A stretch of 36,671 nucleotides of DNA from Macrostomum lignano (lineage: Eukaryota): the NCBI GenBank assembly GCA_002269645.1, contig NIVC01003875.1:1-36671 (forward strand), in the 5' to 3' direction. The first letter of the stretch is position 1. Every line of letters begins with the position of its first letter. This document shows, piece by piece, positions 19,084 through 31,776 of this stretch. Under the pieces are notes generated by a model, which had not been told where the DNA came from, searched no databases, and saw only the letters and a program-made list of their open reading frames with translations. A program made the position numbers and the translations under genes.

Positions 19084-22000
19084 ATGAAAACATGCACCAG
19101 ATTTTTTCGTTACTTTCAACTCATTGTGTTTGGCTTGTTATTTTGGTTTTCTCCATCCGGTACGTTTATTCTGTTTTGATTAGAGTCAGAAAAAACCAGT
19201 TTGCTCTTGCTAAAACGTGGGTTACTAAAAACGCAGAGTGCTGTTCCGGTAGGACGCTTTACTCGTCATCTGGAACGATCGCGTGCCCCTCCTCTGGAGG
19301 CCAGTATTCAAACAATTTGGATGTTTCCTGGTCTATTCGACCACGTGGTGTCAGCCGAATCCGATTCAGCAAGCTGGATGTGGATTCGTGCTGCGACAAA
19401 GTTTTAATTTATGAAAGCGCAATCTACGCATCAAGCAGCTCAGAGAAGTTTCGACTTGTGCATGCAAACGCGACTGAGTCTGAGTTCTGGGTGAATTCGC
19501 CCTTTGTTGTGCGGTTTCGAAGTGACGGGTTTCACACGAGATCCGGATTTCGGCTTTCTTACGAACGCCAGTGGGAATCGATTCCAGGTGAATTTTATGC
19601 CTTACGTTTATAACAGCACTCTGGTTGACTTTTGCTGATTTATTTGATCTCGGATGAAAATGGAATTTCAGCTGCTACTGAGGTCATTCGGCAGAGAAGC
19701 GGTGTCAGACGGAGCCATCCAGATGTCGGGTCCTACCGCAATAACTACAAAAAAGCTTGGAGTATTTACGTGCCCAGAAATTCCCGTGTTTTCATTCGAT
19801 TCACAAAGTTCAACACGGAATCTGGCCGCGACTATCTTAGGATATATTCAGGACTTGTTCCGCGATATCAACACACGGCTCTGCAAGCGATTTCAGGCAA
19901 TCATAGAATTCTTCATCCGTCATACACGTTTTCGCATAGCGTTACCCTAATTTTCACTACTGACGGCTCTGTTGTCCGTGAAGGGTTCGAATTTGAGTTC
20001 AATGTCCGTGAGTGATACAAGACGTCAACAGTATCTGGCAGTTTTTTCAGTTTTATTCAATTCAGAAGTTAAACTGTTCAGTGCAGAAAATATAAGTTAA
20101 AAGTTATGCAATCTTATGTTTATAGTTTCTTTTCTCGGCCAGATACGGACAGAGAAGCAACATAGTTTCCATAGTTACTCGTAGTTACATAAATCTGAAT
20201 AAGTCTCAACATTGTTTATGTTGATGCAGGTTATTTGTACTACGGATTATGCGCCATCGGCCTATCGATTATAATGGATAATTAGTTTTAAGCAATGAGA
20301 AGAGAACTCTTATAAATTCTCTTTAGATTACATAAATATTATCAACTTCCACAAAAAATCTTAACGCTGCTACATTTACTCAGTTTGATACTCTTTACAG
20401 ATGATCATGAATTACTGTGGATCTTTTCAAAATGGACCAGAATGGCCATAGGTGGCTCGAAATTCAGTTTTTCACTGCTTTCTATGGATCGAAATGTATC
20501 AGCTAGGTGTTACTTAGATCTTGAATGTGGAAGGCAAACTTCGGAGATCGCAATGAATTCCGTAAGCCGGGCATTTATCTGCATTAAATTTTCGAAAAAA
20601 GTGCTATATACGAGCGTAATTACTGGTTTAAGTTTTTCTTATAACTTTGCATAGTGAAGGTAATATCTCTTGACCTTTCAAGTTTGCATTCAAAAGCTTG
20701 GACAAATTTAAAGAGCCTCAGATTATATATGAATTGTTTTTGCAATTCCTCCAGACGATCTACTCACAATGAAGATCAGTTAAAAAATTGTACCTGTTTT
20801 CTGGAATCATCTCAGACACTGCTGTCTGCATTCGAAACATCACGTGCAGATTCCGTGGCAGCGGTATCAATGAACTGATTGAATCGACTCCAGCACCTGA
20901 TGGTAAACAACTTTCTTCAATCAGTTTTTGAGACTCTGCATAGATGTTTTTGAAGAAGCGAAGTGTCTGTATTGCAATATTAGCAAAGCGGTTCAGTAAC
21001 TGTAGCAGATTTTGATTATCCTGCTCTAGTTTCCTTCATACATATGAATAACTTTCAGTTAAGCCAGCTTCACTTGAAATCAGCCTGATAAAGCCTGAGC
21101 TGTGGAGCCTCTCAGATAGTTTGATTCGGTTTCGAGCTGTGTCTCAAGCCGAGTGTCGGCGAGTGAGGCATCGCTGCGAGCTGAGGCTTTTCAATGGAAG
21201 CGCAGTCACTGCTGTGCAAGTGAAGCGGGTAAGAATAATGTAACAATGCGTAGTTAAAATATTTAGCATAATATAATATACTTAGAGTAATTGCTATGAT
21301 AGGCGTGTACAACTAAACGATGTACACTGTAGGCCCGTACTGATATGCAGATATACGCAATTGTATTTTCCTTCAATTTACAATACCCAGCTAGCGTATT
21401 TTTATTCTGATACAATTGCTACGTCAAAACTTCAGCAAGCATCACAGCCACGTATTTCTCAGTGTGTGAGCAGAGTTCAAACAGATTTTACTCTGCTGGC
21501 TGAGCTCATCGACACAGTCAATTCTACGATAATTTGTTACAAGCAAGCCGGAACAGTCAACTATTCTCTGCCGGCTATGCAACTGCGTGAGTTGAGTTAA
21601 GATTATGAAGTTAATGCATAAATATATGCGTATAATATAAATAATGTATATAGAGCTCATTAAAAACAGGAATTTTATGTATGCGCATAAAATCACTACG
21701 TTAGAATATATAACAGTATATAGCTATATAAATATACATAAAAATATATATATATAATATATATATATATAAATATAATATATTAGAATATATAATATAT
21801 ATAACTATAGAATCTTCATACGAGCGTAGAAGCATGATTAGCGATATAGAAAAAAAGCGAGAACGATTACGAAAGATTTTAACTGATTTATTTTTGTGAT
21901 TAATTTCATTAATTTTTAATCAAATAATTAACTTATTTGACTCTGTTTTTAAATGAAGTAAAAAGGTGACATTTGCGAGAGTAGGTTTGCAGAGTTTAAA

Positions 22001-23446
22001 TCATTTGTTCAACGTATGTCATATGTACCAGCTGATTTATTCAATGTTTGGAATGTCGAATAAAGAAAGGTATTATTATGATCGGCTCCTTACAATGGTC
22101 ATTTCCTTATATCAGCTGTTCGAGAAATTCAATGGAGATTCCCAGAGTCTACTGAGATCGCTGCGGGTGCTCCAATGCGCATTTTATTAACAACAGCTGC
22201 AAGCATCCGAGGCCTGTCAGCGAAATGTCGGCTGCACCAGGAGTGCGAGAATGGAACCATCGAAGTCCCGATCCGTGTTGTAAGATATAATCAAAATATT
22301 TGATACTTAATGAAGGCAAAAAGAAATAATAATTTTGGCTAAACATATTTGGCATCCGATTAATGTCTATTAAGGTTGATACTATTTGATATATACTTCT
22401 TGTGCGAAGTACTAGCCATATTTCCCACAATATGCATACACCATCAATTATGAAGTTCACTCGTCGTTTTACCTGCTACCACAGGATCGAATCGTCTCGA
22501 CATCTTCGGGAAAAGTATTCCAGTTTTTTGGACGATGGCAGCGTCAAGTGTGCAGCCGCAATGTGTCTTGCGCATTCTCTGTGCCAGGAATGCTCGGTTC
22601 GATTGAATTCAGCCAATTACCTCCAGGTATTGCTGTTGACCTCTCTTGTGATTCATTTATTTCATAACAGCTCATAAAAACATGCGTTCTTAATGCATTT
22701 ACAACCGTTTCTCCGTTTTATTGATTTCAGTTGAACCAAATGACTTACAGCTTAAGTTGATTGATCCTGAGCTGTGGCTACTCAACGGAGCAATTCAGTT
22801 CCGTGCGGTTTCCGAACACGCCTGTCCCAGTGTGAGGCACCGCTGTGAGCTGAGGACGGCTACTAACTATTCGATTCCCGCGACGCTAATAAAGAAGGTT
22901 GTTTTTGTCTGTTGGCAGCATTATGTAGCTCGCTATTTGTGCAAGATAGTATGCTTTGCTTAACTTCAGGATGTCTCGAAGCCCACCGGGTCGCGGTGCT
23001 TCAGCTCGGTGATGTCGCAGTTCTTGGCGTTCGCTCAGCCATCAGACGTAGCGGGTTCCACTGTGAGATGCCGCCTGCTCAACGGCAGCTCTGCGCTGCT
23101 CGTGCTGCCCGAAAAGGGTTTTGGTGAGTTTCGCAGCTGATTTCAGATGTTATACACGAGGAAGCAGCCCTGCTTTAAATATCGCCTCCATCAACAGGAG
23201 AGACGAGGCTGGCGAAGTCTGGGAGCGGCCACTGCTAGCAGCTTCATCAACTACGGCTGTTCTCGCCATCATTGCATTGGTAGCAGTAGTGGCCTGCCTT
23301 GTGCTAATGAGATCTGGTCGGTGGCCACCTTGGAAAAAATCGCCGGATGCGGCAGTAGTGAATGAGTCGGTGAAATGCAACCGACAGTCAGTAACCAATA
23401 TTATGGCGAATCAGCAGGCATTGTAAGCAGCTTTAATGTGATTTGA
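19084..23446 (+). CDS. Same receptor gene, copy 2 (exon-5 TGA at 20770 plus two 1-nt deletions in exon 12; possible pseudogene or soluble variant)
   Basis: Exons 19084-19159, 19237-19587, 19672-20007, 20401-20561, 20755-20902, 21059-21228, 21436-21586, 22116-22279, 22485-22626, 22731-22897, 22970-23123, 23198-23446. I found no difference from copy 1 in exons 1-10. Exons 11-12 have 16 substitutions and deletions at ~23213 and ~23374. Confidence 0.85.
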
Positions 23447-23741
23447 GGCACCAGACTTCATCATATTTTCAGCAATGTCAAATTATTAATCATGCTTGCA
23501 TCCGACTTTCAGCCTGATGACTCAACCGGAGTTTACGTCACGTGAAAAGCCACCAAAAATGACTAATTACTACATACAGAAGACGATCGATACGAGCTAA
23601 AAAACCTAAAAATCTAGGGCAGTAACTTTTTCTAAAATTTTTAACCTAGGTCTATTGCTGCTATAGTTTTACTTTGCTTAAAAGTCAGTAATTACTTTCA
23701 ACATTAGGTGTATATGTATCTGATAATTCGGCAACTTTTGA

Positions 23742-24362
23742 CTCAGCAACAGTCAAAAGTTCTACCCTCCAAATTGCAAAACTTCACACTCACAATTCAA
23801 CCCTCAAGTTACGCAACTAAGCCGCCGCGAGGAAGGGAAAGTTGATTGAATATCAATACTCGTAGTAAAATCATAATTTTTTATGCAATATTTAGTTAGA
23901 ATCGCGATGCGTGTGGGATCCCCTCGCACGCAGTAAGTGCGACGACTCTGCGGGGCATCCCAATGATGAGGCGGCGCAGAAAGTCCTGGGGAAGCCGCTC
24001 CGAAGCGTTTTCAATGGCATGACGCAGAGCTCTCCGCAACATTCTGTGGTGGATTCTCTTTTCGAATGCTACGTTTTAGGAAGTCCCAGACATGCTCGAT
24101 GGGATTCATGTCTGGGGACCGGGAAGGCCAGCGCAGAGTGCGCAGCTGTAGCTGTTCCTTCAGTTGACTAACAGCATCGGCTTGGTGTGGCGGGGCGTTG
24201 TTCCTGAGCTAGGTCTGCTTAATGTCCAGGCCTGGACCATTAAGCAGACCCAAGCCACCCCCAAGCGGCAATAAGCTTTGCGCGTGCCGTAGGTTGCGTC
24301 ACTCGCAATAAGTTAAAAAAATCATCACGCTTAGTGGGGTGGAACTTTTGACTGTTGCTGAG
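23742..24362 (-). mobile_element. Internally deleted Tc1 element, unit 2 copy
   Basis: Same TIRs and transposase remnant as 8589-9210. Confidence 0.9.
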
Positions 24363-27300
24363 TATATCAATATTAACCCGATGTAATAGCCTCTCCTGTA
24401 CTCCTGATGGTCCTGATGCTTTATATAGTATAAAGTAAAACCAATTATCTTGTCATTTACTCAAGGTAGGTAATGCTCAACTGTAGAGCACTAATTAAAA
24501 CAACATTGATCATCAATAAATAACTTTGCAATCCAATAGATAAAATGATTGATTAAATTCTGTGTTTTTGACCTTGATGAAAATTTGAAATTGCGAATCG
24601 ACGGTTTTAAAATATTTGATAAGAAGTATAATCACGCCAATTTATTTCTACTGAAGTTTTTCGTCTGTTTGGTTTGGTGTTTAAAGTTATTGCGAGATTA
24701 TTGCAATTGAAATTTAGATTTAAAATTAATAAGTCTGTAAATTTCATCAATCTTTAGCATCAAGTCTTTAGCAACATGTATATCCGTTTGCTATTATAAG
24801 TTATTTTATTTATAGATGTTTCTTGTCCTTACAGAAGTGACAGCCTACTAGAAGATAGTATAGTAGCTCTAGCTTAGAAAAAGTATTAGCTTAGTTCGCT
24901 TGGACTCGGGTATTCATTAAAACCGCATGAAATTCTAAGATTCGGTGTCAGCGTTTGGGTGGAGTCTAGTGACGAAGTTTATTAATATATTATATAATAT
25001 ATTCAATACCGAATAGAAACGCTGTAACAATTATACAGACTGTACTATAAGAGTTATACTACAAGCTATTAAAGTTCTTTACTGAAATACATCAACCGAT
25101 TAATTTATTGATAATATGGCTTTCTAAAACGTTTAGGCTCTGCAGTTTATTCGCAAACAGTCTAGCTGTACATGAACGCCAAAGCTTATGCATAAAAATG
25201 CTGCGCATCTCATTGTTGCCAACAGAATTTTGGCCAATTTTTATCATGTGAAACATTAAATTCTTCCTTGCCGCAGTGCAAGGGGTGCAAGGGCTTATAA
25301 ACTTCAAATATAAACCGGAAAATGTAATGTACGCTCGTACCTGACACTAGGCATTCGCATTTCGCTTGATGGCTCAAGCAATAAAAATTTAATTACACCG
25401 GGCCGTAGCCCAGTGATCTATAGTGAGGTAGTGTCTGCGGCCCAGGCTCGAGTCAAAGTGCAGTCACATTTATTGAAGTCCTAATTGGAATCTCAGCTTG
25501 GCTCTGCTCATGCAATTAGCAGCCTTGAGGGCCAATCACAAGGCGCAGTGAAGTGTGCATTCTAGACGATAATTAAATAAAGTTAGGGTTGCTGTACACT
25601 CCTGTGTGAGAGGATAATTAAATAAAGTTAGGGCTGCTGTACACTCCTGTGTGAGAGGATAATTAAATAAAGTTAGGGATGCTGTACACTCCTGTGTGAG
25701 AGTATGCCTGTGCGTATGACTGCGTACGTATCCGTGCGATTGTGCTTAGGGGAGTCGTGGGAATGGGCAGTAATGTCTCTCGCTGGTTTTGTGACGAAAC
25801 TTTTTTCTTACTTTTTTATCTTACCCGTATTGCACACATGTATTAGTAGCTGATCTCTGTTAGCATACCATTTGTACAAGCTTACTATAAAAAAACAGAA
25901 ACGACAGCGAGACAGCTTGCTTATCAGGGCATACCTGCAGATATCTCAGATCCTGTAAGCGTCCAAGTTAAATTGCAACCATGGGAGGTTATGTATACGA
26001 CGAACATTCAAATGAAAAAGTGCTCCAATGGTGGCAAAAACTTTCATTGGCAGTAGATTTTGGCACGCTGAAGACACAGGCCGAGTAAAAAACTTGGCTA
26101 AGAATAAAGCATACTCAAGCTATCAAGCCTAAAGCCCTGATAAAATGAAGTACGATCGTAGATGTGTCGTCGGATTGTCAGATCCACCGCGAGATTATTT
26201 TATCTTTCGATCAAATTAGTTTTTTTACAGTTACTTGTTCTTTAGTTTGTGCAATTTCACTCTTGGACGTTTTTGACTCACTAAGTAATTGTTCTTGGTC
26301 ACGCACCAACCCATATAATGGCTGTGCACGCTACTCTCTAGTCGTATGCACTTCAGCTAAGCCGACCACTAAGCAGCTAAAGGGCACGCTCTACTGTCTT
26401 ATAAACTTGCAATCAACTTCCCTCGGTCTCCGAACCCATAAGTTCGCAATGCTATTTGCACTCAGCAACATTGAAAAGTCGCCACTCTTTGCTCCAATGA
26501 GCAATTTCTCTTGAACTTCTAGTAATTCTGAAAAAAATTACTAGAAAACTGATCGGGTAGCTTTAATCCGTCCAACCCTCGCACACCGCTCCCCCCACTT
26601 CATTCCTTAACTCAAGTCTGCCGTGGCGTAGCTGATTTGCGTCACTCGCAAAGATTCAGAGACTTTACCTGCACTCTCAAAAGTGGCGACCTCGAAGGAA
26701 TCTTCGGTGATGGAGAATTTTCGGTGTTACTGAGTATATAGGGCCCGATATATACGATAAGATCGTTTTTAACTCCTATCTCCACAGTGTAAAAGTTCCT
26801 ACGTACGATCAAACTTACGCTACGACAGCTTTAGAGTACGACCCCATAGTTTTTAAATGCGTTCTCGTCAGGACGATCAGATCGATGAAGCGGTGGGAAG
26901 CCAAGGCAGCTGACGCATTGAAATTGAACCTTACCCCGATTGTCAAGGCAACTTCGTGAGTTTTAACAAACATTAAAATTACTCCGCGAATGAATACATT
27001 TTTTACGATAATGAAATTTGAACATACCCACGCGCTTATTGTTGATCGTAATCTAGTCTCTAAAATTTAGATCTAAAAAGACACTAAAGTTTCTTGACTA
27101 ACAGCGCGGTTTTAACTGATATTCATCCATCCATAGATCTTCGTTCATGCATAGAAGAAATGAAGTTTTTTCTGTTTGCAGAACAATCAACCTCAAAAGT
27201 CATCAGTTAATGAATGAACGAATATGAACAAATTGTCAACACAAAATACCATAAAATATTGATTTTTGCAAAATTCATGATATTAATTTCGAGCTGATGT

Positions 27301-29483
27301 GCAAAGCTTTTTATTGCATATTAACAAAATTGTATGAGTCTGTGAAATTCCAACAGAAATTCAAATTTATCATTCTGAATTCTCCTATTTAAGTTTCTAT
27401 TCATCCTTAGATACATACAGATTGTCAATTATGGTTTCTAGGTAAATTGCTCGCAAAAATAAATTAAACTGTCAATAAACTTAACTCGATCAAGAACGGT
27501 TGTTCTTTTGAAAGCAGGATCATTAAGAGCCACTCAAAATAGGCCTTCTGATGACAAAGCGAACTGAACTTATTCGGGGAGCGTTTGATCAACATGATTT
27601 ACTTTGCCAACAACGGATCCCCGGGCACTCGGATCAACCCAACAACGAGATGACCAATCACCAATTAGCCCTTTCTTTGACCCCCTGCCTGTGGCCTCCA
27701 TCCCACTGCTATTGTAACCACTTGTGGGGGTGCAACGAAGCACAAGGAGAGATAACCGCCGATAGTTCAGCTCTGCCGGCAGGATCCCCTCTTCCTCCTG
27801 CCCTCCGCAGGCCTTGCTTGGAATCAACCGCAGTCTGGCACCAAGGCGGTGACCACGGCTATCTCAGGTCATGGCTGGTCAGTTCAAGGAAGCATTTAAT
27901 TTTAGAATGCCTCCTCTTTATTTAGGACAGGCTCACCGCGGCGCAAATCTGGATTTTTTCGACAGTTTCAAGCACGGGAATTTCTGCCACCTCGTCCATG
28001 CCTAAGGGCTACCGGGCGACCGATCACTCACCTCCTGGAGGGGGACAGAACTGAGAACACCGGCACCACGGGATCTCCCTGCGCGACACAGTAGCACCAG
28101 CTGCCCGTGATCGCAGGGGTCTGCGGAATGGACGGCAACACCTCCCTTCTGCACCCATATTCTGGGAAGCCTTGCAGCTAATTCTAGCGGCAAGTGTGCA
28201 GTGTCCGTCATACAAAAGCTCGCAGTTGATAAATCAATCGTTTTTACAAGCCCGTACTCATGGACAAAGAAGACAAACGCTATAATATCTCTCTCGCAAT
28301 ACAGTTCGAAATAAACTGATACATACTTCCCCACCAACACACTGCGCGCTTTTTGCTAAAATTAGTTGGTGAAGTCTCTTGCTAAAGTTTTCGAATTCGA
28401 TGTTGTGAAATTTTGACCTTGTGAAGTTTCGACCTTGTGAAAGTGGTTGCTATTTGAGTTCTCGATGTTATGAAATTTCGACCTTGTGAAATTTCGATCG
28501 TGTGAAAGAAGGTGCTTTCGACGTTGTGAAATTTCGAGTTTGTGAAACCCCCCTTCAATGAATGGCTTCGAAAAGGAACATATTTGGCCCAGCCAGAAAT
28601 TTGAATCCCTTGGGGAGTGGAGGGAGTGGGCCTGTACAATATCGAAAATATACGATTCCCCATTCCCTTGCATTTTCTGTATCCCCTGTCACCCTTTTTC
28701 TGCGCTAACACCACTGAATAGAGGCCAGCTAAATTCCCAAAAGACACCACAGATCCGAACCACCAAGAGCGCTTTCTTCTGAAAATAAAGTTCGTTCATT
28801 TCTTGGCATTGAGTTGGGTGTGTCAATAATTTCAGCATTAACGACAGTTAAATTGATCAAATTTGAGTGTTGAGAACTATATGTTCGAATAATTGAACTA
28901 AATTTTTATCAATGTTTCTTCATTAACTGGTTACTAACTCTTTTAAGGCTTATTAAGCCGTTATTACCCATGTGAATGTTACAGTTATTATATTTTTTAC
29001 ATTTTAATTACAAAGTTTAGCCTTTCAACAACGACGCCTAATCTGTTTTGCATACTTGTCCTGTCTTACATTTACTACAATGAACAACAGTATCTGCTTG
29101 TAACTATCTATACTTCGAGATTTGTGTGTCATCTGAAACGAAAGGGTTGGTATTTTTAGCAAATATATACTTTCACAATCACATTACAGTGTGAGTTACA
29201 AACGTACAAATATTACAAACTCCATAAAAATTTACAACCGAAACAAATTCACGGGGCGCTTTCATTAGGCAAAAATTTCACTTTGCCGAAAAGCACTCTC
29301 TTTCACTAGGCCGAACCTTATGGAAGAGCATACTCGGCAATGTGAAGTTTCGGCTTAGTAACCCCCCCCCAAATTCACTAAGGTGGCTTTAAGCTACCTC
29401 AAATTTCCGAATTTCAAATCTTCAAACCCAAAAAGCAAAAAACTAAGACAGTTTTTCACTCAATCCCCCATAGCATTGCTCCA

Positions 29484-29700
29484 CTCCTCTCTACCCTCTC
29501 TCCCCTCTACCCTCTCCTCTCTACCCTCTCTCCTCTCTAGCCTCTCTCCCTCTACCCTCTCTCCTCTCTACCCTCTCTCCTCTCTACCCTCTCTCCTCTC
29601 TACCCTCTCTCCTCTCTACCCTCTCTCCTCTCTACCCTCTCTCCTCTCTACCCTCTCTCCTCTCTACCCTCTCTCCTCTCTACCCTCTCTCCTCTCCCTA
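29484..29700. repeat. Polypyrimidine minisatellite, unit 2
   Basis: Same 16-bp unit. Confidence 0.95.
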
Positions 29701-30271
29701 CTTCTTTTCTAAAAGCCCGCTTTCTAAAAGCGCAAATATTTACAGGTGTAAATTTATCGTCAATTTGATGCTTTTAATCTTCTTTCGACTGCAAACAAAA
29801 AGTTGTTCTCGGGGGCTCTTAGCTCTACGCTACTAAAAGTAGTCTGATGCGCATTTAAATTTTATGAAACTTCACACATCTTTCCGAAAAAAATTATTTC
29901 ACAATGTTGGCACTAGGCAACAGCAAATATAGCCCTAACGTTTATTGTAAAGAGTAACCACCTATTATTGTGATAAAAAACGGTTCTCCCGCTAGGCTGA
30001 AAGGGCAGTGCTATTAAATAAAGCTGCCTTGAACATGAAACACGCCAAACTTAGGTTGCCGCCTCATAGGCCGCCGGGCGATCACCGGGCGGCTTCGATT
30101 AGGATTAAAAAAATCGTCCATATTAAGGCTATATAAAGTATTACGAGTAAAAAATCACCATTTCTCATTGAAAAATCAGATCATATTTCATTGTAAAGTG
30201 TAAATAAAAATATTTACCGACTGCCCTCACAGGCGGCCGCGAGGGCGCACACCGCCCACTGTACGCCCCAC

Positions 30272-30697
30272 TTAGTTGTCCCACTGGTCCCAGTGTCCTT
30301 CACCAGACTCTTTATTGCCAGCCTCAAAATGCAGAAAAGTCTTTGTGTCACCGGACTGTCGGTAGATCACCCACGAGTTCCGCACAAGCATCGCAAGAAG
30401 ATGAAATCCTAGCGTGTGGAACCAGCGCATGCTCTTTCGGTTTGCGAGATACGGGTGCATTGAGACGTCCAAATGGTTAATCCCGGCCATGCTGGAAGAG
30501 TAGGCAAGCACGCTGGCAGGCTTTTGCACCACCTGCTTTGCAACACCGCGAACCTGAACGCATTCTGCCTTGCCCGCCGTGTCCAGCAAATGCAGAGTCT
30601 TGATGCTGCTTTGCTTCCAGTCGACAAATTTACACGCCAGGAGGTCACTTGAATGTGCGAATGCAGATGAAGTTTGAAGTTTGGTGACAGCCTGCAA
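30272..30697 (-). pseudogene. piggyBac-type transposase C-terminal remnant
   Basis: …LLACKFVDWK…KPASVLAYSSSMAGINHLD…YLANRKSMRWFHTLGFHLLAMLVRNSWVIY… matches the piggyBac pattern KPxxVxxYNxxMGGVDxxD…RKSxKW..L.FxLL…NSxxIY. The third catalytic Asp position reads Asn. No N-terminal part and no TIRs were found. Confidence 0.85.
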
Positions 30698-30923
30698 ATA
30701 AGCTGAAGCTGTTGTATTGTTACTCGTATATAAGTGTCTTCACAGAAACTCTCCGTTTAAAAAAAGTTAGGATGGAAAATTTATGCATGCATGACATATG
30801 ATAGCATCGTCTGTTTATTCTTCTCGTCTACCTTTTTATTCCATTTTTGTTGCCTTCAAACTTCAGCCTGTACACTCAGCAATCAAGGTGATAGCGTAAA
30901 AAAAGTCAAATAATTTTCTGCCT
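30698..30923 (-). repeat. Inverted copy of the ~225-bp interspersed repeat, next to the piggyBac remnant
   Basis: Reverse complement AGGCAGAAAATTATTTGACTTTTTTTACGCTATCACCTTG…CAACAGCTTCAGCTTAT aligns with 2907-3131. Confidence 0.88.
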
Positions 30924-31433
30924 CGACTCTCGGTGACTGTACGCTAGAATACCATTTTTCATACTGGATATTTGTACTTGCGAAAAGTTACGAATGACAA
31001 CTTAGTTTCCTAATGCAGCAGCTCTGTGTTGCAACAGTTAGTTTTTTAATTTTAATTTCGTTGCTAACGGAACAACAGGTACCGTCGAAAAGCTTGCGAT
31101 AAGATGAAATGTCCGTTTTACTTTATTTGCATGTTTCCTTTGCAAAACTGCAGACGTGTACGATACGTGCACACGCATCGTTTTCTGTCGTCTAGAAGCA
31201 ACAATTTACCATACGGTAATTTAAAGGCTGCGTGCATCCAACCCTGGCGCACTTTGGGCGTTTAAGCGACATTGTCACTTAAGCGACTCCCCTGGGCAGG
31301 CATACACACGAGCAGACCCCCACACAGGAGTGTACAGCGGCTTTGACTGTATTTATTTCTTTATAAAATTCGAAAAATTAGTTTTCAGGTAAATTTTCCT
31401 GTTTATAATCGAAGTTTATAAGCCGTGATGTTA

Positions 31434-31776
31434 GGGGGGGGGGGCGTAGTCCAGCGGTCTAGCGCAGGCTCTGGTGTGAGAGCAACCCAGGCTCGATTCC
31501 AAGTGCAGTCACATTAATTTGGGGCTGAATTGGAATTTCGGCTTGGCTCGCTTGTGCAATTAACGGCCTTGAGAGCCAACCCCCCAAGGCGCAGTGAAGT
31601 GTACATGCCTAACAATTGATAAAGTTAGGGCCGCTGTACAGTCCTGTGTGAGTGTGTGCCTGCGTAACGTATCCGCGCGCTTGTATGCCTGCTCAGGGGA
31701 GTCGGCGGAATGGGCAGTAATGCCTCTCGCCGGTTGTGTGCCTATGTCGCTTAAAGTGCGCCAGGGTGCACACAAC
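31434..31776 (+). mobile_element. tRNA-derived SINE copy A, unit 3
   Basis: Same as 365-705 apart from homopolymer-scale indels. Confidence 0.75.

Larger units (their letters stand above)
15277..31189 (+). repeat. Tandem array unit 2 (~15.91 kb, includes the 783-bp segment 30407-31189)
   Basis: Offset to unit 3 is ~15914 (16722 to 32636). The extra segment is absent at the unit 1/2 junction, and its last 120 bp match window positions 1-120. Confidence 0.97.
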
